The notes under the pieces: model-generated | The model's input: only the letters and a program-made list of their open reading frames with translations | The model's database searches: none | Told to the model about the DNA's origin: nothing | DNA from: Alphaproteobacteria bacterium | GTDB lineage: Bacteria > Pseudomonadota > Alphaproteobacteria > SP197 | NCBI GenBank assembly: GCA_965228895.1 | Contig: OZ245842.1 | Location: 1,152,001-1,216,000 of the forward strand | Direction of reading: 5' to 3' | DNA length: 64,000 nt | In this document: positions 32,464-43,700 of the stretch, one piece after another | Numbering within the stretch: position 1 is the first letter of the stretch | Layout: every line of letters starts with the position of its first letter | Translations under genes and position numbers: made by a program

Positions 32464-34520
32464 GCCCCATCGGTCAGCGGGCGGGTGACCGCGTCCAGCC
32501 ATTTGGCGGTTTCCGCGTCCAGTCGAGGGGTCAAGGTTTCGCGGACATCGCGGTGATAGGCATCGACCCAGGCGATTTCGTCGCGACTCAGGTCGTCGAC
32601 CGCGATCAAACGACGGTCAAGAGGCGCCTTGGTGATCGTCTCGAACCGCAGCATGGGGCGTTCGCCGTCGGTCTCGTCCTCGCGCACGACAACAAGGTTC
32701 TCGATGCGAATGCCATAAGCGTTTGTCTTGTAGTAGCCGGGCTCGTTGGAGACGATCATGCCGGGTTTGAGCGCGACGTCACTGGGCCTTTTCGAGATAC
32801 TCTGCGGTCCTTCGTGCACCGCCAAGTAGCTGCCGACACCGTGGCCTGTGCCGTGATCATAGTCGAGGCCCATCTGCCACAGGGGCGCGCGGGCGAGCGC
32901 ATCGATCTGCGCGCCGCTGGTGCCGGCCGGCACGCGCGCCGTTGCGATGGCAATGTGACCCTTTAAGACCGCCGTGAAGTGACGGCGCTGATCGTCGCTG
33001 GGCTCGCCGACGGCGATGGTGCGGGTCACGTCGGTGGTGCCGTCAACGTACTGACCACCGGAATCAACCAGGTAGAGCTCGCCTTGTTCCAGCTTGCGGT
33101 TGGTCCTTTCGGTCGAGTGGTAGTGCACGATCGCCCCATTCGGACCCGCACCGGAGATCGTGTCGAAGCTGGGCCCCTGATAACGCTCGCCTTCGGCGCG
33201 AAAGGCACCAAGGCGTTCGGCGACGCCCATTTCGTCGAGCTCTTGGTTGCTGCCTGGCGCGGTCTGAATGGCCATCCAGTGCAGGAAACGGGTCAAGGCG
33301 ACGCCGTCGCGAACATGGGCGGCCTTCGATCCCTCGACCTCCACCTCGTTCTTGCACGCCTTGGGCAACCGGCAGGGATCGGCGCCTTCAACAACCGTGC
33401 CGCCGGCCTTGTCAATCCGGTCGGCAAACCACATGGGACCGCTGGCGGCATCCAGGCGGATCGGTTGACCCTTCCTGGCGAGATCGTCGACCGCGGCTGC
33501 CAGGGCCCCCGGCGTGTTGACGATGACGTTGCTCTCCAGGGCTTCAACCAGGGCAGGCGTCAGTTTCCGTCGGTCAACGAAGAGCTGCACGCGACCATTG
33601 GCCTCGACGATAGCCCAGCTCAGGCAGAACGGTGTATTCGGCAAGTCGTGGCCGCGCAGGTTGAGGAGCCAGGCGATCGACGCTGGGTCCGAGAGGATTG
33701 CGGCGCCGTGGCCGTCTTCGGTCAGGGCGGCGGCGACCTCCTCAATTTTATCGGCTGAAGCACGACCGGCCAGTTCGAGCGGATGAACATCAGCCGGTGT
33801 CAGGGGCGCCGCAGGCTGGTTCGACCAGACCGCATCGAGCGGATTGCTGTCGAGCGCCGCAAGATCACCGCCTGCCTTGGCACAGGCCTGTTCCAAGCGC
33901 CGCACCGAAGGCGGCGTGTGGAGCCAGGGATCGAAGGCGAGTGTCTTGCCGTCGCCCAGGTGCTCGGCGATCCAGTCGGCGGGCGGCTCTTCAATCAGGT
34001 GGCGGCGCTCAAAGAGATCGCCGTTGACTTCGCCTTCGGCCTGTAAGGTGTAGCGACCATCGACAAAGACCGCTGCCTTGTCGGTCAGGACGACGGCGAG
34101 GCCGGCGGAACCGGAAAAGCCGGTCAACCACAGAAGCCGGTTGCTGCGGGCGGCGACGTACTCACCCTGGTGCTGGTCGGCGCGCGGTATGAGAAATCCG
34201 TCGACGCCGCGCCGGGTCAGTTCCTCGCGCAGCGCCTTCAAGCGCCAAGCCGGGGCGGGTGGTCCGGCGGCGAGGCCATCCTGGTGATCGGCAGCCATGA
34301 CCTGTTTGAGCGCCTTGAGCTCGTTCGCAAGTTCATCATCGGGATCCGGGTCGATCAGCCCGATCCAGGCCTCGGGCTGCCAGATCGGTGGCGCCGCGAT
34401 AACGCCGGCCAGCAGATCGCGGACATCGGCCACGCTCTTGCCCGACTTCGCCCGCGCCAGCAGGCCGGCGAGCACGGCGTCGCCGCGATAGGATCCTTGA
34501 TTCTTGTTTGCTGCGGTCAT
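32460..34520 (-). CDS. pepP: Xaa-Pro aminopeptidase (M24B) with extra N-terminal domain
   Basis: DQHQGEY, TGFSGSAG, FVDGRY, DSGGQYVDGTTDVTRT, HGTGHGVG...VHEGP, SNEPGYY, GIRIEN. Confidence 0.93.
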   Translation of the reverse strand: MTAANKNQGSYRGDAVLAGLLARAKSGKSVADVRDLLAGVIAAPPIWQPEAWIGLIDPDPDDELANELKALKQVMAADHQDGLAAGPPAPAWRLKALREELTRRGVDGFLIPRADQHQGEYVAARSNRLLWLTGFSGSAGLAVVLTDKAAVFVDGRYTLQAEGEVNGDLFERRHLIEEPPADWIAEHLGDGKTLAFDPWLHTPPSVRRLEQACAKAGGDLAALDSNPLDAVWSNQPAAPLTPADVHPLELAGRASADKIEEVAAALTEDGHGAAILSDPASIAWLLNLRGHDLPNTPFCLSWAIVEANGRVQLFVDRRKLTPALVEALESNVIVNTPGALAAAVDDLARKGQPIRLDAASGPMWFADRIDKAGGTVVEGADPCRLPKACKNEVEVEGSKAAHVRDGVALTRFLHWMAIQTAPGSNQELDEMGVAERLGAFRAEGERYQGPSFDTISGAGPNGAIVHYHSTERTNRKLEQGELYLVDSGGQYVDGTTDVTRTIAVGEPSDDQRRHFTAVLKGHIAIATARVPAGTSGAQIDALARAPLWQMGLDYDHGTGHGVGSYLAVHEGPQSISKRPSDVALKPGMIVSNEPGYYKTNAYGIRIENLVVVREDETDGERPMLRFETITKAPLDRRLIAVDDLSRDEIAWVDAYHRDVRETLTPRLDAETAKWLDAVTRPLTDGA

Positions 34521-34616
34521 GATCCCGTCCAGATTTGAAGCCCGGAGGGTAGCGGGCCGCGGGCGCGTGTGGCAACAAGGGGTCTCACGAACAACCGCAA
34601 GGCACGGCGAGGTACG

Positions 34617-35384
34617 ATGACCGGCGGCGTCGACATCCTTCAGATTACCGATTTGCACATCCACAGCGATCCGGCAAGGCGCGTTCACGGTCGTGATACG
34701 CTTACCACGCTTCAGCACGTTGTCGATGCGATTGGCCGCGACGAGACGGCGCCGGCCATGGTCTTGGCGACCGGCGACCTGACCGATAATGCCGACCCCA
34801 TCGCCTATCAGCGGCTGCGGCCGCTGCTGTCGGCGTTGGGCTCGCCCGTTTACGTCATTCCCGGCAACCACGATCTTGTACCCGCCATGGACGAGCACCT
34901 GGTCGGCGAACCCATCCGCCATGTGGGTTCTGTGACGGCCGCCGATTGGACGCTGGTGTTTGTCGACACGACGATTCCCCACCAGACCGAAGGGCATCTC
35001 GACGATGACCGGTTGGCCGACGTGGACCGCGAAATCAGCAAGGCGGCCACGCCCTTTGTCATGGTTGTCATGCATCACCAGCCGGTGCCGATCGGTAGTC
35101 CGCTCGACACGTGCGGATTGATGAACGCCGATGCGCTCTATGAGGTGCTGGACCGGTACCCGGCCGTGAAGGGGCTGCTATGGGGTCACATCCACCACAC
35201 ACACGACAGTGACCGCAATGGCGTCAGACGGTTGGGGACGCCCTCGACCTGCGCACAGTTTCTCAACAAGATGGGGACCGATGCTGAGTTTACCGATGAG
35301 CCGCCGGCCTATCGCCGACTTCGGCTGAAGGATGACGGCACGATCGAGACCGCTGTCGTCTGGGTCGACGAGGCGCTCGCTTAA
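34617..35384 (+). CDS. cpdA: Metallophosphoesterase, CpdA/Icc-like cyclic nucleotide phosphodiesterase
   Basis: QITDLH, TGDL, IPGNHD, MHHQP, WGHIH, TPSTCAQF. Confidence 0.82.
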   Translation: MTGGVDILQITDLHIHSDPARRVHGRDTLTTLQHVVDAIGRDETAPAMVLATGDLTDNADPIAYQRLRPLLSALGSPVYVIPGNHDLVPAMDEHLVGEPIRHVGSVTAADWTLVFVDTTIPHQTEGHLDDDRLADVDREISKAATPFVMVVMHHQPVPIGSPLDTCGLMNADALYEVLDRYPAVKGLLWGHIHHTHDSDRNGVRRLGTPSTCAQFLNKMGTDAEFTDEPPAYRRLRLKDDGTIETAVVWVDEALA

Positions 35385-36265
35385 CTCTTGTTTGTCATCA
35401 CCAGAGCGGTCCAGCCGCGCAGATCGTGGCGGTCGACAAGGACCAGACCATGACGTTCGTGCGCGGCCACGGCAGCTTTGGCCTGGTCGACCAAGAGGCC
35501 CGACAGAACAGCCGTCCCGCCAGACGCCAGATGATGCGCCAGGTCGCCCGCCATGGCGATTAACGGACGCAGAAGGATGTTGGCGGCGATCAGATCGTAA
35601 GGACCATGTACGCCGACCTCTGGCGCGCTGTAACCATCGCCTTCTACGATGACGACCTGCTTGTCGACATGATTGGCCATGACGGCCTCGCGCGCGAAAC
35701 GAACGGAGGGCGTGTCGTTGTCGACACCCAGTACCGTTGCGGCGGGCCATCGCTTGGCCATCGCGATGGCCAGAATGCCGGAACCGCATCCCATATCGAG
35801 GGCACGCTCGACGTCGGCTGTCGCCGCGAGCGCATCGATGGCCATCAAGCAGCCTTCGGTCGTCGCGTGTTCGCCCGATCCGAACGCCGGACCGGCATCG
35901 ATAACGATCGGTATCAGGTCGTTGTCGGGCGCGGCCGTATGGCTGCCGTGGATCCAAAAACCAGCCGCGGCGAGCGGTGGAAATGCCGCGAGGTTCTCGC
36001 TGACCCAATCGCGGGGCTCCAGTTGCGCGATGTCGAGATCATCGATCACATGGGTCTCGGTACCCAATGCCGCAACAAGGGCATTAATCAAGGCGTTATG
36101 CGCGGGCTCATCGGCAAATAGCGCGGTGACACGCCATGATGGGCCGCCGTCCGACTCAAAACTGCTGATCGATTGCGCGCCGGTTTCGCTCAAGACGGCA
36201 TCGACCGCTTCGACATCGCCCGGCGCGACGGCCAATGTGACTTGCCAAAGTGGCTGATCAGTCAT
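35381..36265 (-). CDS. prmA: Ribosomal protein L11 methyltransferase
   Basis: AFGSGEHATT, LDMGCGSGILAIA, DLIAANIL, LSGLL. Confidence 0.94.
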   Translation of the reverse strand: MTDQPLWQVTLAVAPGDVEAVDAVLSETGAQSISSFESDGGPSWRVTALFADEPAHNALINALVAALGTETHVIDDLDIAQLEPRDWVSENLAAFPPLAAAGFWIHGSHTAAPDNDLIPIVIDAGPAFGSGEHATTEGCLMAIDALAATADVERALDMGCGSGILAIAMAKRWPAATVLGVDNDTPSVRFAREAVMANHVDKQVVIVEGDGYSAPEVGVHGPYDLIAANILLRPLIAMAGDLAHHLASGGTAVLSGLLVDQAKAAVAAHERHGLVLVDRHDLRGWTALVMTNKS

Positions 36266-36291
36266 GGATGGGGAGCGCTCGGCGATCGTGC

Positions 36292-38559
36292 TCAGACCGG
36301 CTCGACAAACTCGGCCATGACCTTCTTGTCACCGGCCTTGTCGAAGGCGATGTCGAGTTTGTTGCCATCAATCGCCTGGACTTGGCCGTAGCCGAACTTC
36401 TGGTGGAACACGCGGGTGCCGATATCCGGCACGCCGCGCCCCTGGCCGACGGGGATGTAGACCTCGCTGCCGTCATCGAAGCGCTTGGCGCGGGCTTCGA
36501 CGACCCGGTAGTAGTTCGACTGCCGGCCACCGAAACTGGGTCGACGCATGGCAGATTCCCAGAGCGACTCGTCGTCCTGTTCGATGTCGTAACCGGTGTT
36601 GTCGCCGCGGTCGATGTGCTCGGTGGGCAATTCGTCGATAAAGCGCGATGGGATGTTGTTCTGCCACTGACCGTGCACGGTGCGGTTGCCGGCATAGAGG
36701 ATGATCGCGCGCGTCTTGGCGCGCGTGATGCCGACATAAGCGAGCCGGCGCTCTTCTTCGAGCCCGGCGTAACCGTTTTCGTCGATGGCCATCTGGTTGG
36801 GGAAGACGCCTTCCTCCCAGCCGGGCAGAAACACCGTCTCGAACTCCAGCCCTTTGGCGCTGTGCAGCGTCATGATGTTAGCCATGTCTTCATCGGGGCC
36901 GGTCTCGACATCCATGACCAGGCTCACGTGGTCCAGGAAGTCGGCGAGGGTTTCGAACTCCGCCATGGCGCGGACCAGCTCTTTCAGGTTCTCCAGCCGG
37001 CCCGGTGCCTGCACGGATTTGTCCTGCATCCACATCATGGTGTAGCCGGACTCATCCAACACCAACTCGGCCAGTTCCGAGGGTGGCATGGTGGCCGCTT
37101 CGGATCGCCAGCGCGCGAGGTCCTCGACAAAGCCGCGCAATGAGGAACGGCGTTGCGGCGGCAGTTCGTCGGTCTCCACGACAAGCTGGGACGCCGTCAG
37201 CAGCGACTGGCCGCGGCTGCGCGCGATTGCGTAGAGGGTCTGCAGCGATTTGTCGCCTAAGCCGCGCTTGGGCGTGTTCACGACCCGTTGGAAGGCGAGG
37301 TCGTCGTCAGGCTGGTTCAACAGGCGGAAATAGGCGATGGCGTCGCGGATTTCCTGGCGCTCGTAGAACCTGAGGCCGCCGATGACCCGGTAGGGTACGC
37401 CGATGGTAATCAGACGTTCCTCGAAAGCGCGGGTCTGATAGCCCGCGCGCACCAGGATCGCCATGTGATTGAGCCGATGATCCTGGCGCTGCAACTCCTC
37501 GATCTTTTCGCCGACCGTGCGGGCCTCTTCGGCCTCGTCCCAGACGCCTTGAACATGCACGGGCTCGCCGTCGTCGCCGTCAGGCGGCTCGGTAAACAGC
37601 GTCTTGCCGAGGCGGCTCTGGTTGTGCGCGATGAGACCGGAAGCGGCGCCCAGGATGTTGGCCGTCGAGCGATAGTTGCGCTCCAGCCGAACCACGGTGG
37701 CGCCGGGGAAGTCGTCTTCGAAGCGCAGGATGTTGCCGACTTCCGCGCCGCGCCAGCCATAGATCGACTGGTCGTCGTCGCCGACGCAGCAGATGTTGCG
37801 CTCGCCCTGGGCCAGTAGCCGCAGCCACAGGTATTGTGAGACGTTGGTGTCCTGGTATTCGTCGACCAGGATGTAGCGGAAGCGCCGCTGGTAATCGGCC
37901 AGCACGTCCTCGTGCTCGGTAAAGAGTTTCAGGCAGAGCAGCAGCAGATCGCCGAAATCGGCGGCGTTGAGGGTTGCCAGCCGTGCCTGATAGTCCCGAT
38001 AAAGCTCGACCGCCTTGCCGTGGGCGAAGTCGCCGACGTCTTCGGCCGGCACCTTGTCCGGCATCCAGCCCTTGTCTTTCCAGCGGCTGATGATGGCGGC
38101 GAGCGCGCGGCCGGGCCAGCGCTTCTCGTCGATCCGCGCGGCCTCGATGACCTGTTTGATCAGGCGCAGCTGGTCGTCGGTATCCAGGATCGTGAAGTTC
38201 GACTTCAGCCCGACCAGTTCGGCATGACGGCGCAGGATGCGCGCGCCAATGGCGTGGAAGGTGCCCAGCCACATGCCGTCGGTCGGCCGGCCGATCAGGC
38301 CGGCGATCCGGTCCGACATTTCGCGCGCGGCCTTGTTGGTAAAGGTGACCGCCAGAATCTGACCGGGCATGGCGCGGCGTGTCTGCAGAATGTAGGCGAG
38401 GCGCACAGTCAGCACGCGTGTCTTGCCGGTGCCGGCGCCGGCCAGCACCAGAACCGGGCCGTCGGCGGCCTCGACCGCCTGGCGCTGCGCGTCGTTCAGA
38501 TTGCGCAGCAGGTGGTCGGCCGGCGCAGGAGCAGGTGTTGCGATTTCCATCTGGGACAT
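36292..38559 (-). CDS. uvrD: ATP-dependent DNA helicase UvrD/PcrA
   Basis: LAGAGTGKT, TFTNKAA, DEYQD, GDDDQSIYGWRGA, ERNYRS, TLHSAKGLEF, EERRLAYVGITRA. Confidence 0.93.
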   Translation of the reverse strand: MSQMEIATPAPAPADHLLRNLNDAQRQAVEAADGPVLVLAGAGTGKTRVLTVRLAYILQTRRAMPGQILAVTFTNKAAREMSDRIAGLIGRPTDGMWLGTFHAIGARILRRHAELVGLKSNFTILDTDDQLRLIKQVIEAARIDEKRWPGRALAAIISRWKDKGWMPDKVPAEDVGDFAHGKAVELYRDYQARLATLNAADFGDLLLLCLKLFTEHEDVLADYQRRFRYILVDEYQDTNVSQYLWLRLLAQGERNICCVGDDDQSIYGWRGAEVGNILRFEDDFPGATVVRLERNYRSTANILGAASGLIAHNQSRLGKTLFTEPPDGDDGEPVHVQGVWDEAEEARTVGEKIEELQRQDHRLNHMAILVRAGYQTRAFEERLITIGVPYRVIGGLRFYERQEIRDAIAYFRLLNQPDDDLAFQRVVNTPKRGLGDKSLQTLYAIARSRGQSLLTASQLVVETDELPPQRRSSLRGFVEDLARWRSEAATMPPSELAELVLDESGYTMMWMQDKSVQAPGRLENLKELVRAMAEFETLADFLDHVSLVMDVETGPDEDMANIMTLHSAKGLEFETVFLPGWEEGVFPNQMAIDENGYAGLEEERRLAYVGITRAKTRAIILYAGNRTVHGQWQNNIPSRFIDELPTEHIDRGDNTGYDIEQDDESLWESAMRRPSFGGRQSNYYRVVEARAKRFDDGSEVYIPVGQGRGVPDIGTRVFHQKFGYGQVQAIDGNKLDIAFDKAGDKKVMAEFVEPV

Positions 38560-38605
38560 GGCTTTACCGGAAACTAGCACAAAATAGCAACATCTGACAT
38601 GGGGA

Positions 38606-40369
38606 CTAAATCGTCCCGCCGCGCGATTCGGTGCTTGCATCGACCAGCGCGCGGTTGTGTTCGCGCACCAGATCGCGCTTTCTGACGATACCTTGAAGCT
38701 GCATGGTCGAGGCGTTATCGACGACGGGGATGAAGTCGTCGTCGCATTTGTCCATGCGGTCGAGCGCTTCGGCCAAGTCGTCCTGCGGCGTCAGAAGAAC
38801 ACGCGGCTCGCGCGCCAGTTGGCCGGCGGTTTTGTGGTCGTCGTCGGCATCGCTGAAAAGCAGCGGGCGTAGATCCTCCAAGGTTACCACACCAAGGAGT
38901 TTTCGGTCGGTGCCGACCACCACGAAGTCACCCTTGGGCGAGTCCGCCAGTGCGGCGAGAATGGTTGTTTTGTCAGCGTCCGGCGCCAGACTTGGGGCCT
39001 CTCGATCAAGGATTTTGCGCACCCTTGTGTCGCGCATCAAGGCGCGGACCTGGCCGCCGGTGACGTCGACGTTGCGGCGTTCAAGATGCCAGCGGAAGAA
39101 TGACTTGCCGATCACGTGATTGGTAATCAGTGACGCCAAGGCGGTGGCGATCATGACAGCGATCGTCAGGTCGAAGTTCGCCGTCAACTCGAACACGATC
39201 AGGATGGTGGAAATTGGCGCACCCAGCACGGCGCCCGCCACCGCGCCCATGCCGACGATGGCATAGACGGAATGGTGGCTGGCGTAGTCCGGCAGGGCAA
39301 GGCTCGCAATCAAGCCAAACGCGCCGCCCAGCATGGCGCCGACGAAGATCGACGGAGAAAAGACGCCACCGCCAAAACCCGATCCCAACGTGATCGACGT
39401 CGCCACGGTCTTCAGGACGACAAGGGTCAACAACAGCGCAATCGTCATGCCGCCGTGCAACGCGGTGTCGGTTGCATCGTAGCCGACACCCAGAACCTGG
39501 GGGTAGAAGATGGCGATGGCGCCGACCAGAAGACCGCCGCCGATGGGACGTAGCATCATCGGGATTTTGAGCGATGACAGGGTGTCCTGAACAAAGAAGA
39601 TGCCGAACATGAAGAGATAGGCGACGGCTGCGGCGACAATGCCGAGCAGGGCGAAGGCCGGTGTTTCCCACAGCGAAACGATGATGTGCGATTCCAAGGC
39701 GAAGGCCGGATAGTCGCCGAAGGCAATGCGCGTCACGATGGTGCCCATGACCGATGCCAGCACCACCGGCGCGAAGGCGGCCAGGCCGTAGTGGCCGATC
39801 ACCACTTCGAGAGCGAAGAAAACGCCGGCGATCGGCGCGTTGAACGAAGCGGCGATGCCGGCCGCCACGCCGCACCCCAGCAACGTCATGGTCAGGCTGC
39901 GCCTGAGCTTGAACCACTGGGCGACGGTCGAGGCGAGGACCGCGCCGATATGAACGACCGGTCCCTCGCGTCCGGCCGACGCGCCGAAGCCGAGCGAGGT
40001 GAAAGACCCGAGCGCGGCGACAAAGCCATCGCGCAGTTTCATGCGCCCGCCATGCAGCGCGCTCGCCTCGATGACATCCGGCACGCCATGGAAGCGCCGG
40101 TCACTTGTCAGAAACCGCGCCATCAGGGCAATGACCAGACCGCCGGCGGCGGGCGCCAGCAGGACCTGCCACCACGGCAGCGATGCGACGAAGGAGTTCA
40201 GCCGATCGGTACCGCTGCCGTAGACGAGGAACTGGACGCCCGAGATAGCGTAGCGAAAGGCGACGCCGCCCAGGCCGGCCGCCAATCCGGTGATGATCGC
40301 AAGGAGCGCCAGCACAATCTGTTCGTTGCGGAAAAAACCGGCAACGCGCGACCACCCCGTCTCCATCAC
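38606..40369 (-). CDS. ClC family chloride channel/transporter with C-terminal CBS domains
   Basis: HGVPD, AGREGP, FNAPIAG..FALE, GGVFSP, APIST; soluble CBS pair. Confidence 0.92.
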   Translation of the reverse strand: MMETGWSRVAGFFRNEQIVLALLAIITGLAAGLGGVAFRYAISGVQFLVYGSGTDRLNSFVASLPWWQVLLAPAAGGLVIALMARFLTSDRRFHGVPDVIEASALHGGRMKLRDGFVAALGSFTSLGFGASAGREGPVVHIGAVLASTVAQWFKLRRSLTMTLLGCGVAAGIAASFNAPIAGVFFALEVVIGHYGLAAFAPVVLASVMGTIVTRIAFGDYPAFALESHIIVSLWETPAFALLGIVAAAVAYLFMFGIFFVQDTLSSLKIPMMLRPIGGGLLVGAIAIFYPQVLGVGYDATDTALHGGMTIALLLTLVVLKTVATSITLGSGFGGGVFSPSIFVGAMLGGAFGLIASLALPDYASHHSVYAIVGMGAVAGAVLGAPISTILIVFELTANFDLTIAVMIATALASLITNHVIGKSFFRWHLERRNVDVTGGQVRALMRDTRVRKILDREAPSLAPDADKTTILAALADSPKGDFVVVGTDRKLLGVVTLEDLRPLLFSDADDDHKTAGQLAREPRVLLTPQDDLAEALDRMDKCDDDFIPVVDNASTMQLQGIVRKRDLVREHNRALVDASTESRGGTI

Positions 40370-40461
40370 CGAACCAACCGGCCCGGAGACGGGACGGCTA
40401 CACCAAAAATTGAACGGGTGACGCGTTCCATCACGGGGCGAACCAGACTGCCAAGCGCGAT

Positions 40462-40659
40462 CTAGCCGGCCTCAGGAGGATCGTTGTCCTCGGATGTCTT
40501 GCTGTTGGACTCGGGGCTTGGCGTGCTGAGGGAGAGCTGGCGGGTCATATCGTCGCTAAAGCCGCGCCCACCGGGAGTTTTTCGCCGTCTCGGCCGTCGT
40601 TTTTCGCCGCCGGCTTCCTTGGCCTGTTTGTACCGGTTGAAATCTACGACTTCGCCCAT
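40462..40659 (-). CDS. Small protein, DUF4169-like
   Basis: MGEVVDFNRYKQAK N-terminus; GGAG RBS; divergent from asmA. Confidence 0.55.
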   Translation of the reverse strand: MGEVVDFNRYKQAKEAGGEKRRPRRRKTPGGRGFSDDMTRQLSLSTPSPESNSKTSEDNDPPEAG

Positions 40660-40789
40660 TGCTCCAACGTTTGTACGCGTTGTTCGTTTCGTCGTTTGTT
40701 CAATGCCCCGTTCGCACCTAGATTAAAGCAAAGGGCCGGGCGCGCAACAAGGCGGGACACCGAATCCGCCAAAAGGGAGGGCAAAGAAG

Positions 40790-43700
40790 GTGCGCAAGTT
40801 GTTTTACGCGGTCATTGGGCTGGTCGCCCTGTTGATCGTGGCTGTGGTTGCCGTGGCCCTGTTTGTCGACCTCAACCAATACAAGGGCGAAATCGCAGCC
40901 GAATTGGAGGCCGCGACCGGGCGTGAAGTCACCCTGGGCGGCGACATCCACGTGACCTTCTGGCCGTCCATCGGCGCGGCGATCGAGAATGTCGAGATTG
41001 CCAACGCGCCTGGCGCCTCCGACGAGCCGATGCTGCGCGCCGAGACGATTCAGGCGGTCGTTGCGATCGCCCCGCTCCTGTCGGGCGAGGTCCAGGTCGA
41101 AAGCGTGCGGATCGTGAACCCCGTCCTCCTGATCGAAACCCTGGCCGACGGATCGAGCAACCTGGATCTCGATGACAGTGCCGGCACAGCGGGCGGCACG
41201 GGTTCCGGTTCGTCGACGGCGGGCGGCGCCCAAACCGATGTAAGGATCGACGAGGTCGAGATCGTTGGCGGTACGGTCATCTACCGCGATCTCGCCACGG
41301 GTTTTGACGAAACGATCGAGAACATTGCTCTGACCGCGCAGGCCCGCACGCTGCAGGGCCCGTTCCAGGCCGATGGCGCCATGACCGCGCGCGGCGTGAC
41401 GACGAGTTTTGCCGTTGATGTCGGCAGTCTGTCACGGCCCAAGATTCCGATCAGCCTGCGGCTGACCGAAGGTGATCAGGCCGTCCGCTTGACGTTCACC
41501 GGCAATCTCGAGGCGATCGACAGCGCCCCAAAGGCGTCTGGCAGTCTGATTGTTCAGGCCGACTCGCTCGCAGCAGCGCTCACGCCTTTTGTCGATGATC
41601 TTTCGCCGGCTGTTCGCGAACTATCCGACGACACGTTCGAGCTGGACGCTCAAGTCTCGGCCAGTGGCGATGCCCTGAGCTTGGTCGACCTGGCATTGTC
41701 GCTCGGTGACCTCAGAGCCACCGGCGATGCTCAGGTCGACATGGGCGAGACCACCGTCGTCGATGTGGCGCTCAGCGCCAATCAGCTCGATGGTGATCGG
41801 CTCGCGGCCATTTTTGCGAGCGAACCGGAGGAGGTTGCCGGTGATGCCGGGGGTGACGACCAGGAGGTCGTTGATGACACGGCGTATGACGACTCTGAGA
41901 CCGAGGACAGTCCGGTGTCGGGACTGTCGGTAACGGCGGACATCCGTGTCGGTGCCGTAACCTATCAAGAAGGCGTTGTACGCCAAGTGCATCTCATCGC
42001 ACAGCTGGACGACGGTGTGATCGCGGTTCAGCAACTCAGCGCTGGTCTGCCTGGTGGAACAAACATTGCTGTGACGGGCGAAATGGACAGCGATGTCGAC
42101 CGTCCGGCGTTCCGCGGCCAGATGGAGTTGGCGTCCGACAACATTCGTGCCGCCCTGGACTGGCTCCAGATCGATCTGCCGAACATGGCCGCCGAACGAT
42201 TGCGCCGCGTCGACCTTTTTACCTCTTTCAGCATCGAACCTGGCGTCGTTGCGCTGGTCGACATGGATCTCAGCGTCGATTCCTCCCGCATGACCGGGAA
42301 TGTGGGCGCGGACTGGACAGGCGTGCCGGCGGTGACCGCCAACGTCGCGCTCGACCGGATCAACCTCGACGCCTATCTGATCGATCAGCCTGTTGATAAC
42401 GGTTCTGGCGAAACAGCCGAAGCGCAGGAAACGGATGGTGCCGCGGAAACCGAGATTGGCCTCGCTCTACCGCCGATGCCGGAAATCAATGCCGACATCA
42501 AGGCACGGGTCGGCGCGTTGACCTATAACGGTGTCGCCGTCGATGCGATGATCCTGGATGGAACACTGATTGACGGCCGAATCGATCTCAGAAACTTCAG
42601 CGCCGATATCGCGGATGCGTCGGTCCGCGCCGCCGGTCTGATCGATCCGGCGACAACGGCGGTCTCGGTGCGTTATGCGATCGAAGCGCCTAACATCGGC
42701 GGGCTTGCGCGCCTGCTGGCTGTTGATCTTCCGGTGTCGCCGGAGGATTTGGGCGCGACCAGTCTGATCGGCAGCGTCGAAGGCGACACGGCGACGGCTG
42801 AGGTCAAGCAGAGGCTCGAGACAGCACTCGGAACGGCGTCGGCCGACGGCACACTCAGCGACGCGTTGGGTGCGCCTGGTTTTGACGGTCGGTTGGGTCT
42901 GCGAAGTGACAGTTATCTGCGTTTGGTGCGTGCGTTTGGTGGCGATATCAGCGGTGCCCGCGACTCCGCCGTCGCCTTTGCCGCCGATGTCGACACCGAT
43001 GGCAACGACGCAACCTTCAATGCCGTGCTTGAAGCCGTCGAGGCGACACTACGGGCCACCGGTAGTGTTGCCGGGCTCGCTGATGCGCCCAGCTATGACG
43101 TGCGCGCGAAAATCGAACACGACGAGTTCGCGACACTGATGGCGGCGATCGGCGCTGTGGATTCGATGCAGCCGGTTGGGCCCCTTGATGTCACGGTCAC
43201 GGCGGAAGGCGACGCGACCGCGGTATCTGGTCATTTGGTGTCGTCGACCATCGGTCCATCGACGTTGAACGGCACGCTGGACGGCAAGCTGGATGGCGAG
43301 CGGCCCTACTTCAATTTGAGACTGGCCGGCGACAATCTGATTCTCGATCCCTTCCTGGCCGGCAGTGCGGATGACACCGGCGGCCAGACAAGTGGTGGTA
43401 CCGGTACTGGCACCGCCGACGGATCGGGCGAGCAGGGCGGCACGTCGCGCTGGTCGTCGGAGCCGCTCGACCTCGCGGCATTGCGCAGCTTGGACGGGCG
43501 TGCCGAAATCACCGGCTCCAGCGCGACCCTGCAGGACCTCACCTTCGACAACCCGGTTATCGTTGCGACACTCAACGACGGTGTGTTGCAGCTTGAACAG
43601 TTCCGAGGCGGCGTGTTCGGCGGACAGATCGACGTGACGGGTCAGATCAGCGACGGGTCGCCGAACACCATGAAGGTCGACTTTGTCGCCAGCGATGTCG

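Noticed and set aside
34521-35078. 186-aa N-terminal extension of pepP given in the ORF track
   Set aside because: Overlaps the divergent cpdA-like gene; the start at 34520 is more parsimonious.
38577-38591. GCAC-N7-CAAC upstream of uvrD as a LexA box
   Set aside because: Plausible position, but two mismatches to GAAC-N7-GAAC; cannot be supported without a PWM.
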